Virus record (IMG/VR): IMGVR_UViG_3300047440_000108
Span: 1-42,652 of that record
Strand: one strand, 5' to 3'
Origin: a virus
Lineage: Duplodnaviria; Caudoviricetes
Length of the DNA: 42,652 nt
In this document: positions 1 through 7,672 of the stretch, piece after piece
Position numbering within the stretch: position 1 is the first letter of the stretch
How the letters are laid out: every line of letters starts with the position of its first letter
The notes under the pieces: model-generated
Told to the model about the DNA's origin: nothing
What the model saw: only the letters and a program-made list of their open reading frames with translations
Databases searched by the model: none
Program-made: the position numbers and the translations under genes

Positions 1-124
1 GACTTGAGGGCTGGGAAAAGCTGCTCGGCGAGCTTGACTGACATCGACTTGTCTTCGCCGCGCAGGCCCATGGCGGGCTTCCACTTGCTTGAGCTGACGT
101 GGGTGATCGGGATGCCGGCTGCTT
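1..124. repeat. Terminal direct repeat, copy 1 (circular assembly overlap)
   Basis: Bases 1-124 are identical to 42529-42652; an ORF reads through the junction, so this is most likely assembly overlap rather than a virion terminal repeat. Confidence 0.95.
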
Positions 125-404
125 CGAGAGCGCCCAGGATGCGGCCGTAGTTCACGCCGAACTGGAACTGGCCGCCCTGGCGTGGGCGGGACTGGACTTG
201 CTCAACGAAGGCGCGGACGAGCGAGAAGTCTGCGGCGGCGTCGAGCTGGGACATCAGTGCTGCGGTGTCTACGTCCAGTGCTGTCTTGCCTCGCTTGGCA
301 GCTACCGTGGGTGTGTCGAACACTTTCGCGCAGCCGTACCGATCAAGGAGGGCCCACCCACCGCTGGTGCCTGGGTCAATCCCGAGAACGATCAAGCGGC
401 TCAT
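1..404 (-). CDS. RuvC-like Holliday junction resolvase, 5' part (continues across the origin to 42441)
   Basis: Manual translation from ATG 404: MSRLIVLGIDPGTSGGWA...AFVEQVQSRP...FQFGVNYG...WK; GIDPG, VE and WK are RuvC-fold motifs; absent from the ORF track because it spans the junction. Confidence 0.85.
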   Translation of the reverse strand, partial: MSRLIVLGIDPGTSGGWALLDRYGCAKVFDTPTVAAKRGKTALDVDTAALMSQLDAAADFSLVRAFVEQVQSRPRQGGQFQFGVNYGRILGALEAAGIPITHVSSSKWKPAMGLRGEDKSMSVKLAEQLFPALK

Positions 405-499
405 CTCATCACCCGGTTGATCACCAGCGCAGCAATACTCAAGAACAGGACGAAAAATCCCACGGCGATAGAGAACCAATCGAGCCAGTCGCCGCTCAT
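401..499 (-). CDS. 32-aa single-transmembrane microprotein
   Basis: MSGDWLDWFSIAVGFFVLFLSIAALVINRVMR; ATGA overlaps with both neighbours. Confidence 0.6.
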   Translation of the reverse strand: MSGDWLDWFSIAVGFFVLFLSIAALVINRVMR

Positions 500-822
500 A
501 CAGCCGCCTGGTGGAACACCGAAGGCACGCGGCGCTTCCACTGCGCGCGGTCCATCAGCTCGCGTGCGCCTTCTGGCTTCTTGGCGTCGGGTTTGCGCCC
601 CACCCTGTACTCGGCCACCATGTAGCGGCCCAGGCTGTCGGTGGTCCAACGCTCGATGAAGGTCACCTTGCCGTGCAGCGCGTTCACCAGCTTGCGCGTG
701 GTGTTGACGTGCAGGCCGGTGATCTCCTGCAGCTCGGCCACGGTCATGGGCTCGTCAAGCATGGCGCTGATGACTGTGGCGAAGGCTGTTGCGTTGGCGA
801 GGTGTCGCTTGATGGTCGGCAT
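496..822 (-). CDS. HTH DNA-binding protein
   Basis: PMTVAELQEITGLHVNTTRKLVNAL winged-HTH pattern; lies in the early operon. Confidence 0.7.
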   Translation of the reverse strand: MPTIKRHLANATAFATVISAMLDEPMTVAELQEITGLHVNTTRKLVNALHGKVTFIERWTTDSLGRYMVAEYRVGRKPDAKKPEGARELMDRAQWKRRVPSVFHQAAV

Positions 823-904
823 GGGGCGGGCTTCCAGTTAAGGGGTGGAGCGAGAGGTGTGTTGGGCGCGGTCTGGGTGGCCCAGTTGCTGGTGCGTTTC
901 TTGG

Positions 905-1183
905 TCAAGCCGCCACCTCGTAGTCGATCCGCTCTGCGCGCCAGTCTTCGTCGGTGAGGATGATCCCCTCCAGCCGGGCAGCGCGCTGCACCTTGTCGAC
1001 AGCTGAACTAGGGATCAGCCCGTCGGCGCCATAGGGGCGAGCGTATTGCCACCGGTAGGCTGTTATGCGGGAAACGCCGGTGGCTGCGGCCAGCTTGGTC
1101 TCGCCCCCGAACTTGGCGATGACCTTCTGGGCCTGGTTATACGCCGGACGGCCATGTCGGCCTTCCCCACGTTTGATGGGCAT
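905..1183 (-). CDS. cro: Cro-like repressor
   Basis: VIAKFGGETKLAAATGVSRITAYRW...GLIP Cro/CII-like HTH; divergent from the CI-like gene. Confidence 0.75.
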   Translation of the reverse strand: MPIKRGEGRHGRPAYNQAQKVIAKFGGETKLAAATGVSRITAYRWQYARPYGADGLIPSSAVDKVQRAARLEGIILTDEDWRAERIDYEVAA

Positions 1184-1210
1184 GATTTGGGTCCTTGTGA
1201 AATTGCATGC

Positions 1211-1239
1211 ATGTTACTTAAATCGCAATGTTTTAGCAA
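1211..1239 (-). promoter_or_regulatory. Sigma70-like early promoter with overlapping 17-bp operator (1213-1229)
   Basis: Minus strand TTGCTA-17 nt-TAACAT; operator GTTACTTAAATCGCAAT. Confidence 0.55.
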
Positions 1240-1357
1240 GCACTGGCGGGCCTTTGTCTCAACTTGGATCGATTGATGTGGATCAACCATCAGGATTTGG
1301 GGCGTACGAAAAACAGGAAAGCGAACGGGAGGTGGTCAGTGATGCGCGTTGAGACCG

Positions 1358-1386
1358 TTGCATTGTGTTACGAGAATCGTTACGTT
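1358..1386 (+). promoter_or_regulatory. Putative repressor-gene promoter with operator (1367-1383)
   Basis: TTGCAT-17 nt-TACGTT; operator GTTACGAGAATCGTTAC lies in the spacer. Confidence 0.5.
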
Positions 1387-1435
1387 GTTCCTGATTGGAA
1401 CAGCGGGAGGACTGGAAGTGCCTACGAGAGCGTTA

Positions 1436-2053
1436 GTGAAGCCATCAGGCAAGCAGGTAGACCGTGATGGTGGGGTCAACCGGGTGTGGTTTGTGGATCG
1501 CCTGGCCTCCCGCAACATCAGCCAGCGTAAGTTGGCGGGGCTGATGGATATGGATGCATCCGCGGTGTCATTGATGCTCTCGGGCAAGAGGAAGATGAGC
1601 GCACAGGAGGCAGGCGATGTGGCCAGGCTGCTGGGCGTGACAGTGGACGAGGTGCTCCGCCATGCGGGCATTGCGGTGCCGGTGAACGTGGAGAAGTCGG
1701 TGCCGGTGGTTGGGTATGTGGACGACCGCATGGAGGTGCGGTTCGGCCGTGCCAAGGGACCGCAGACATCCGTTGCGCCACCGGACTGTGGGAAGGGCTG
1801 CCAAGCCCTGCGGGTGCAAGCCGCCGGGATGATGGAGGGCTGGCTGGTGTTCTATTTCCCCACCGAAGGTGTCAGCTTGGAAGCTGTGGGGCGCCTGTGC
1901 GTGGTCAAAGTGGTGGGTGAGGACGCCCAACGCCTCAAACTGGTAGCCCGAGGGTACGAGGCGGGCTACCACGTGCTTTCGTCATTGAGAGGTGGCGAGC
2001 CCCTGCACGTCAGGCTGGAGTCGGCTGCTCCAGTGGTGTGGCTGAAGCAGTGA
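1436..2053 (+). CDS. cI: CI-like XRE-family repressor (start uncertain; ORF is open from 1349)
   Basis: ISQRKLAGLMDMDASAVSLMLSGKRKMS HTH_3 pattern, then VPVVGYV and a degenerate S24-like C-terminal domain. Confidence 0.8.
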   Translation: MKPSGKQVDRDGGVNRVWFVDRLASRNISQRKLAGLMDMDASAVSLMLSGKRKMSAQEAGDVARLLGVTVDEVLRHAGIAVPVNVEKSVPVVGYVDDRMEVRFGRAKGPQTSVAPPDCGKGCQALRVQAAGMMEGWLVFYFPTEGVSLEAVGRLCVVKVVGEDAQRLKLVARGYEAGYHVLSSLRGGEPLHVRLESAAPVVWLKQ

Positions 2054-2330
2054 GCCCAGGGGCGGCGTTTGACTCAGTGACCTGGGGTGAGGTGTGAGCG
2101 TAGACGCCGTATTTGATTGAGCGGGCCCGCCCATCGGTCTTCAGGTCGTCCAACAGCGCGCCCAGGTTGGCCTCGGTCATCTCGATGTGGAATTCCTTGT
2201 CGATCGCAGGTGCGAGGTCGCAGCGACGTATCGGGCTTTGTCGCCACAACACGTACTCGACCATGCGAATGCGGGTCCAACGGTAGGTTTCGATGTGGGC
2301 AAGGATGAAGGATGTGCGGGCTGGGGTCAT
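2010..2330 (-). CDS. Winged-helix hypothetical protein
   Basis: AAGGAA SD; LDDLKTDGRARSIKYGVY wing motif. Confidence 0.55.
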   Translation of the reverse strand: MTPARTSFILAHIETYRWTRIRMVEYVLWRQSPIRRCDLAPAIDKEFHIEMTEANLGALLDDLKTDGRARSIKYGVYAHTSPQVTESNAAPGLTASATPLEQPTPA

Positions 2331-2345
2331 GTTGTTTCCTTTGGT

Positions 2346-2858
2346 TCAGCTGAAGATGTCGATTTCGGGGGTGGGGTTTGTAGGCTCGGTCGCGTACCAG
2401 TCGGGCAGGCTGACGACCAACGCAGACGGGCGGATTGACCAGTGCATGCGAGTTTTGAAGACCACGTCATACCGCTGCAGTCGCCTCAGAGACTTCATTA
2501 CGCCGTCGCGGCTCCAGGCGTGACTGAGTGGCAAGACCGCGGCGTAAACGTCGTCGGCGTGAACGCCGAAGTGCACCTGGGGCGCTAACAGGTCGACGAT
2601 CGCGCGGCCAATCGGATCGTTGTGCGTGACGCCGTCGGCCAGCGCAAGGCGCGCCACCGCCAGCGCGTAGACGCCACGTGACAAGCGCTTGACCCGACCT
2701 TCTCGGCACAGGATGGCCAGCGCGCCCTGCATGGTCTGCACACTGGATTGCGTCCTGCGCTTTCTTGGAACAGCCTTGGCCAACTCGACAGCTGTCGCCA
2801 AACCCAATTCACACAGACGGTCGATGATGTAACGCTTGTGGTTGATGTGGTAGGCCAC
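2346..2858 (-). CDS. Tandem winged-helix protein
   Basis: AAGGAG SD before GTG 2858; LCREGRVKRLSRGVYAL resembles AbiEi-type wHTH, followed by a second wHTH-like segment. Confidence 0.6.
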   Translation of the reverse strand: MAYHINHKRYIIDRLCELGLATAVELAKAVPRKRRTQSSVQTMQGALAILCREGRVKRLSRGVYALAVARLALADGVTHNDPIGRAIVDLLAPQVHFGVHADDVYAAVLPLSHAWSRDGVMKSLRRLQRYDVVFKTRMHWSIRPSALVVSLPDWYATEPTNPTPEIDIFS

Positions 2859-2869
2859 GGGGGCTCCTT

Positions 2870-3240
2870 GTCTTGGTTTGAAAAGTGACCTGTGACAGCG
2901 CAAACCCTTACGCTGCAACGGCTTGCTGGGCATTGTAGTACAAGCGACGATAAATTGCGAATTCAACACAGTGCTGGGAAAGCCGCATCGGCGCAGGCTG
3001 TGACCTGTGTTTTAGTTGAACTCATGTAAAAAGTTGTCTCGCTTCCGGGGAGACGCGCAGCGTGTTACGGGCGCTGGCTGGCGCCCTCTGCATACAGCTT
3101 GATTTAATTTATAAGAAAGTAATAGAGACAAACAAGAATTCTGTGCAAAGCCAGCATCCATGCGGGTTGCACAGACTCACAAGCGCCTTAGAAGGAAGCG
3201 ATATTTGAGACAGCCCCCCGGCCTGTTGGCGATCCAAAGC
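2870..3240. other. Putative replication origin / structured non-coding region
   Basis: Largest intergenic region; AT-rich core at about 3099-3140; repeated G(A/T)GAC pentamers; several palindromes. Confidence 0.4.
2932..2960 (-). promoter_or_regulatory. Sigma70-like promoter
   Basis: Minus strand TCGCAA-17 nt-TACAAT upstream of the wHTH genes. Confidence 0.5.
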
Positions 3241-3242
3241 AG

Positions 3243-3265
3243 AAAGCTCCCGATTGGGAGCTTTT
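3243..3265. terminator. Intrinsic terminator, possibly bidirectional
   Basis: AAAGCTCCC-GATT-GGGAGCTTTT hairpin downstream of minus-strand ORF 3288-3488. Confidence 0.65.
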
Positions 3266-3287
3266 CAATTTATGAGCCGCGGGAGTG

Positions 3288-3488
3288 TTAGACGATCGCT
3301 GCCTTGGTTGGCAGGTACAGGTCCCGCGTCGGCCCGCAGAAGTAGATGCGGATCCGATTGGCTGGAGCGAAGTCGACTGCGTGATAGCGCAGGCAGGTGC
3401 CGTGCAGGTGGCAGGTGACGCCTAAGCAGACTGGGGTGATCTCGTCTGCAGTGGGCGGGGTGAATTCAGGGGTTTGGTGCATGGTCAC
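3288..3488 (-). CDS. Small Cys-rich hypothetical protein
   Basis: CLGVTCHLHGTCLRY motif typical of small phage proteins. Confidence 0.6.
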   Translation of the reverse strand: MTMHQTPEFTPPTADEITPVCLGVTCHLHGTCLRYHAVDFAPANRIRIYFCGPTRDLYLPTKAAIV

Positions 3489-3687
3489 AGCTCCGGTTGA
3501 CCCGCCAGCACGTGACGCGTTCCAGCGCGCCCTCGTTCTTGAGGATGCTCAAGGCGTTGCGTGCGTAGCGAAGTGAGACGTTGAACTTGAGGGCCACGTC
3601 CTTGGCTGCCAGCATTTCGGTCGGGTTCGACTCGAAGAAGGTGTCAAGGCGGGCTCGAAGGCTGGGCTGGGTCACGTTCAACCCCAA
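3466..3687 (-). CDS. Small winged-HTH protein
   Basis: AKDVALKFNVSLRYARNALSILKNEG. Confidence 0.6.
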   Translation of the reverse strand: MGLNVTQPSLRARLDTFFESNPTEMLAAKDVALKFNVSLRYARNALSILKNEGALERVTCWRVNRSCDHAPNP

Positions 3688-3869
3688 AGGAGGACGATCA
3701 CCGTGCCCGCGATCGATGCCAGCAGTGAGGCAGCCAGGACGATCTTGTCGTGCTTGTGGAAGTGGTTGACCGAAGGGGCTGAGAAAGGGTCAGCGTAGTC
3801 CGCGCGGCTTGTGAGGGTTCGCGGTGTGCGCATGGTGAAGCCTTCGAGTACTGCTGCGTTGTCAGACAT
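3678..3869 (-). CDS. Small protein with C-terminal transmembrane helix
   Basis: GGAG SD; IVLAASLLASIAGTVIVLLWG. Confidence 0.6.
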   Translation of the reverse strand: MSDNAAVLEGFTMRTPRTLTSRADYADPFSAPSVNHFHKHDKIVLAASLLASIAGTVIVLLWG

Positions 3870-3900
3870 TTCGTTCTCCGTTTCGTGTTGCGATGATGTG

Positions 3901-3930
3901 ACTATAGCAAAGCGTTACGATAATCGCAAC
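3901..3930 (-). promoter_or_regulatory. Strong sigma70-like leftward promoter with operator over the -35 (3914-3930)
   Basis: TTGCGA-17 nt-TATAGT; near-palindrome GTTACGATAATCGCAAC. Confidence 0.7.
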
Positions 3931-3947
3931 ACTGTTGTGAAAGTATT

Positions 3948-3975
3948 TTGTAACAGCGTGTCGTGTTGCTAAACT
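3948..3975 (+). promoter_or_regulatory. Putative terS promoter (leaderless geometry)
   Basis: TTGTAA-16 nt-TAAACT ending 7 nt before ATG 3983; no SD. Confidence 0.45.
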
Positions 3976-3982
3976 GCGACGC

Positions 3983-4591
3983 ATGTCAGCAGTGCTTGAG
4001 CCCAGACCTAAATACAACGCAGTCAATCGCGTGGTCGCCACAGACCCCGAGGTTATCGCTCAAGCTGAGCACGCAATTTCGTGCATCGAAGAGGGCGATT
4101 TGCTGAAACATGCACTAGGAAAGGCCGGAATTGGCCGTGCAATGTTCAGCGCAGTGCTTGCAGGACAGCGAGAATTGGCTGCTCGTGTCGCGCGTGCTCA
4201 AGAAATCAGCGCTGACTTCTTGGTTGACGAGGCAATCGACGCTGCGCGCAACGAGCCAGACGTGATGCGCGCTCGTGTGATCGCTGAAAACAATCGCTGG
4301 GCAGCGAGCAGGCGCAACAGCAAGAAGTATGGCGATCGCATCGACCTCAACGTGACGCAGACGCTGGACATCAGCGGCACGCTGTTGGAAGCAAAGCAGC
4401 GCATGCTGCGTCCAATGCGCGACCAGCTGGACGTGACTGACGTGCAAACGCTTGATTTGCCTAGCGTTGCGCTGCTTGGAGCACAAGATAGTCAATCAAT
4501 GACTCCGATTGAGCCTGACATATTCGCAGCGCCTGAGCCCGTGAAGGTTGAGGCAGCACCGGTGAGCGATGAGCCTTCGATCTTCGATTGA
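3983..4591 (+). CDS. terS: Terminase small subunit
   Basis: Sf6/P22-like pattern ARAQEISADFLVDEAIDAA...NRWAASRRNSKKYGDR; upstream of terL. Confidence 0.8.
   Translation: MSAVLEPRPKYNAVNRVVATDPEVIAQAEHAISCIEEGDLLKHALGKAGIGRAMFSAVLAGQRELAARVARAQEISADFLVDEAIDAARNEPDVMRARVIAENNRWAASRRNSKKYGDRIDLNVTQTLDISGTLLEAKQRMLRPMRDQLDVTDVQTLDLPSVALLGAQDSQSMTPIEPDIFAAPEPVKVEAAPVSDEPSIFD
4405..4427 (+). repeat. Dispersed 20-22 bp motif, copy inside terS
   Basis: TGCGTCCAATGCGCGACCAGC (4407-4427) is the exact reverse complement of 31215-31235; 4405-4426 matches 31403-31424 at 21/22. Confidence 0.9.
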
Positions 4592-4770
4592 AGTGAAAGG
4601 GGTCCCACGTCACGAGGGGGTGCCCCCATGCCGGGTGGGGTCGGCGAATGGGCCGCGAGCGCGACTGCGGGGGACCCGTTTGGCAACCGCCGAGCGGTTT
4701 TGCTGAAATTTTTCGGTTGCTTAAAACGAAAGCTGTTACGATTCCCGCAATCAAACCTTTCACGTGAAAC
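4592..4770. other. Probable packaging/terminus region with tandem operator-like sites (4716-4732, 4735-4751)
   Basis: G-run-rich non-coding stretch followed by AAATTTTT between terS and HNH/terL; GTTACGATTCCCGCAAT matches the operator consensus. Confidence 0.4.
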
Positions 4771-5370
4771 ATGCTGCGGACGAAAAAGTGTTCTGACTGC
4801 GCTTGCCACCTACCGCTGTCTGAGTTCAGCCCTCGCGCAGACGGCTGCGGGGACGGCTACCGATCCAACTGCAAGTTCTGCAAGCGCATCCAGTTAGCGT
4901 TCTGGAAGGCGGCCAACCCCGAGAAGGTGAAGGCGAACAAAGCGCGTCACCGAGCAGGCCAGTTTCAACGAGATCCCGAGCACGTTCGTTCGCTGCGGCG
5001 GACGGTGAAGACACGTGGCAGGGCCAAGCTAAGGCAGACCGCGCCGGAACGCCTGACTGAGGCTAGGCGTCTCGAAAGACTGCGCGCCAAGGAGCGGGAC
5101 CCGGTAGCGTGGGCGGCTGCAAAGCGTTTGCAGAAGCTGGCTCGTGAGGAGTTCATCAAGCAAGCCACACCGGCATGGGCGGACTTCGATGCGATGCGTG
5201 TGTTCTACGAACGGGCGAGGACGTTGAGTGATCGGGGTGAGCCCCACCACGTCGACCACATTGTCCCGTTGAAGGGTGAACGTGTATGCGGCCTGCACGT
5301 TCACACGAACCTACAGGTGCTGCCGGCCCGGGCCAACATCCTCAAGAGCAACAAGTACCATGCCAGCTAG
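4771..5370 (+). CDS. HNH endonuclease with N-terminal zinc ribbon
   Basis: CSDC...CKFC; TPAWAD...HHVDHIVPLKGERVCGLHVHTNLQVL...NILKSN. Confidence 0.9.
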   Translation: MLRTKKCSDCACHLPLSEFSPRADGCGDGYRSNCKFCKRIQLAFWKAANPEKVKANKARHRAGQFQRDPEHVRSLRRTVKTRGRAKLRQTAPERLTEARRLERLRAKERDPVAWAAAKRLQKLAREEFIKQATPAWADFDAMRVFYERARTLSDRGEPHHVDHIVPLKGERVCGLHVHTNLQVLPARANILKSNKYHAS

Positions 5371-6922
5371 CCAACCCATCTACTCCACAGCTGGCGAACA
5401 AGCCCTGATGCTGGAGCTCTGGGATCCCCGCCTGGCCGACAACCCCCAGGATTTCGTCCGCTTCGTCTACCCCTGGGGCAAGGCCGGCACGCCGTTGGAG
5501 CACCTCACCGGCCCGCGCAACTGGCAGGACAAGCAGCTCAAGGACATCGCCCAATACATCCGTGAAGCCCGCACCCAGCATCAGATCACCAAGATCATCC
5601 CCACCATGTACCGCGAAGCCATCGCTTCCGGCCGCGGCATCGGCAAGTCGGCCTTCTTCGCGATGATCGCCCACTGGCTGATGTCCACGCGGATTGGTTC
5701 TTCTACCTGGGTCACAGCCAACGGCGAGCCCCAGCTCAAGACCAAAACCTTCCCCGAGATCGCCAAGTGGATCACACTCAGCATCAACAGCCACTGGTTC
5801 GATGTCTCGGCGACTAAGATCGAGCCTGCCGGGTGGTTGAAGGAAGCGGTGCAGCGGGATCTGAAGATCGACCCGAAGTACTGGTACATCGCAGCCCAGC
5901 TGTGGTCCGAGGAAAATCCTGATGCCTTCGCCGGCGCGCACAACGTCTACGGCGAGATGTACCTGTTCGACGAAGCATCGGGTATACCCTCCCCGATCTG
6001 GACCGTGGCCCAGGGCGTCTTCACCGAGCAGATCATCGACCGCTACTGGCTGGCGTTCTCCAACCCCCGACGTAACAGCGGAGCCTTCTTCGAGTGCTTC
6101 CACAAGGCCCGCGACCAGTGGCGCACCCGCCAGATCGATGCCAGAACGGTAGAGGGCCTGGCCCAGGATGCCTATGACGCGATCGTCAAGAAGCACGGCG
6201 CGGACTCGGACGAAGCCAAGATCGAGGTCTACGGCCAGTTCCCCTCCAGCGGCACCAACCAGTTCATCCCCAAGGATCACGTCCTTCAGGCCGGCGAGCG
6301 CGAGGCGATCCCCGATCCGGGGGCTCCTCTCCTAATGGGGGTGGACGTGGCCCGCTTCGGCAAGGACTCATCCGTCATCGCGTTCCGCAAGGGCCGCGAC
6401 GCAGCCAGCATCCCATGGCAGGTCTACCGCGGGCTCGACACGGTGCAGCTCGCCACCCGGGTGGCCGATGCCATCTCTAAGTACAAGGTCGACGCCGTGT
6501 TCGTCGATGGCAACGGTGTCGGCGGCGGCGTGGTCGACAATCTCAAGGCCTGGGGCCACCGCGTGATCGAGGTGCAGGCCGGTAGCTCACCGAGTGACCC
6601 AGACAAGTACCAGAACAAGCGGGTGGAGATGTGGGCCCGGATGAAGGAGTGGCTGACGATCGGGACGATCCCCAGAACAGCCGACCTGCTCAACGACCTG
6701 ATCGGCCCCGAGTACTCCTACCACCCCATCACCAACAAGATGGGGTTGGAGACCAAGGAGAAGATGATGGACCGCGGGCTGGCATCCCCGAACGAAGCGG
6801 ATGCGCTGGCCATGACATTCGCCCAGACCGTGGCACGCAACGACACCCGGACTTCCAGATCGCACAGCCGCACCAGGCAGGCGACCGGGTTGGACTACGA
6901 CGTGTTGGGGTCACAACGATGA
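5360..6922 (+). CDS. terL: Terminase large subunit
   Basis: Walker A SGRGIGKS, Walker B YLFDEASG, nuclease motif MGVDVARFGKD. Confidence 0.95.
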   Translation: MPASQPIYSTAGEQALMLELWDPRLADNPQDFVRFVYPWGKAGTPLEHLTGPRNWQDKQLKDIAQYIREARTQHQITKIIPTMYREAIASGRGIGKSAFFAMIAHWLMSTRIGSSTWVTANGEPQLKTKTFPEIAKWITLSINSHWFDVSATKIEPAGWLKEAVQRDLKIDPKYWYIAAQLWSEENPDAFAGAHNVYGEMYLFDEASGIPSPIWTVAQGVFTEQIIDRYWLAFSNPRRNSGAFFECFHKARDQWRTRQIDARTVEGLAQDAYDAIVKKHGADSDEAKIEVYGQFPSSGTNQFIPKDHVLQAGEREAIPDPGAPLLMGVDVARFGKDSSVIAFRKGRDAASIPWQVYRGLDTVQLATRVADAISKYKVDAVFVDGNGVGGGVVDNLKAWGHRVIEVQAGSSPSDPDKYQNKRVEMWARMKEWLTIGTIPRTADLLNDLIGPEYSYHPITNKMGLETKEKMMDRGLASPNEADALAMTFAQTVARNDTRTSRSHSRTRQATGLDYDVLGSQR

Positions 6923-7212
6923 CTGATCGTGAACTTCTCGAAGCGGCCGCGAAGGCGGCGGGGGTGTACTACTGGATCGAAGACGACGTTGCGCTGACCC
7001 ATGGTCATGAAGGGCCCGGCAGCATTCGGGTGTGGAACCCCCTCACCAACGACGGCGACGCGCTGCGGCTGGCGGTGAAGCTGCGGCTTCTGGATGAGCA
7101 CGCCGCGTTCACGCATGAGCTGGCGGTGCAGATGGGGGCGACGGACAACCCATATGCCGCCACCCGCCGCGCCATCGTCCGCGCTGCCGCGGCGTTGGCG
7201 CCCAAGCGGTGA
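6919..7212 (+). CDS. Conserved phage hypothetical protein (WNPL..DGDALRL family)
   Basis: ATGA overlap with terL; MTDRELLEAAAKAAG...WNPLTNDGDALRLAVKL...ATRRAIVRAAA. Confidence 0.8.
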   Translation: MTDRELLEAAAKAAGVYYWIEDDVALTHGHEGPGSIRVWNPLTNDGDALRLAVKLRLLDEHAAFTHELAVQMGATDNPYAATRRAIVRAAAALAPKR

Positions 7213-7258
7213 TGTGGTATCGTCCCCACGGTGTGAAACCCACATGCTGGAGGTGACG

Positions 7259-7465
7259 GTGTCCGCTCTATTTTCAAAACCCAAGACACCGACGCCTCCC
7301 CCGGTGGCGCCTCCCCCGCCGACGATACAGAACTCCAACACGGACGTGGCGGCCCAGCAGCTGCAGGAGAGCCTGCAGCGCGGCCGCTCGGCCACGTTGC
7401 TTACCGGCGGTCAGGGCCTGGCCGATACCGGCGAGACCACCAAGAAGAAACTGTTGGGGGCGTGA
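7259..7465 (+). CDS. Small pre-portal virion protein, paralog 1
   Basis: GGAGG SD before GTG 7259 (alternative ATG 7244); Pro-rich; ends TTKKKLLGA. Confidence 0.7.
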   Translation: MSALFSKPKTPTPPPVAPPPPTIQNSNTDVAAQQLQESLQRGRSATLLTGGQGLADTGETTKKKLLGA

Positions 7466-7671
7466 TGGGCGCTCTGACCCGGAAGGTAGAGAACCAGGCA
7501 AAGGGTGCTGCCGCGGCCAATTCACCACCTCCCCCGACCGCGAGCGGGCAGCAGGTTGAAGATGCGTCTTCCCGCCAACGGATGGGCGGCGGGTCGTCCA
7601 CCGTGCTGACCAGCAGCCAGGGTCTGTTGGGCGTGGGCGACACGACCAAGAAACAACTGTTGGGGAGCTGA
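7465..7671 (+). CDS. Small pre-portal virion protein, paralog 2
   Basis: TGATG coupling; STVLTSSQGL...TTKKQLLGS. Confidence 0.7.
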   Translation: MGALTRKVENQAKGAAAANSPPPPTASGQQVEDASSRQRMGGGSSTVLTSSQGLLGVGDTTKKQLLGS

Positions 7672-7672
7672 C

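Noticed and set aside
1-124. Physical terminal repeat of the virion DNA
   Set aside because: It falls mid-gene and far from the terminase region, so assembly overlap is the better explanation
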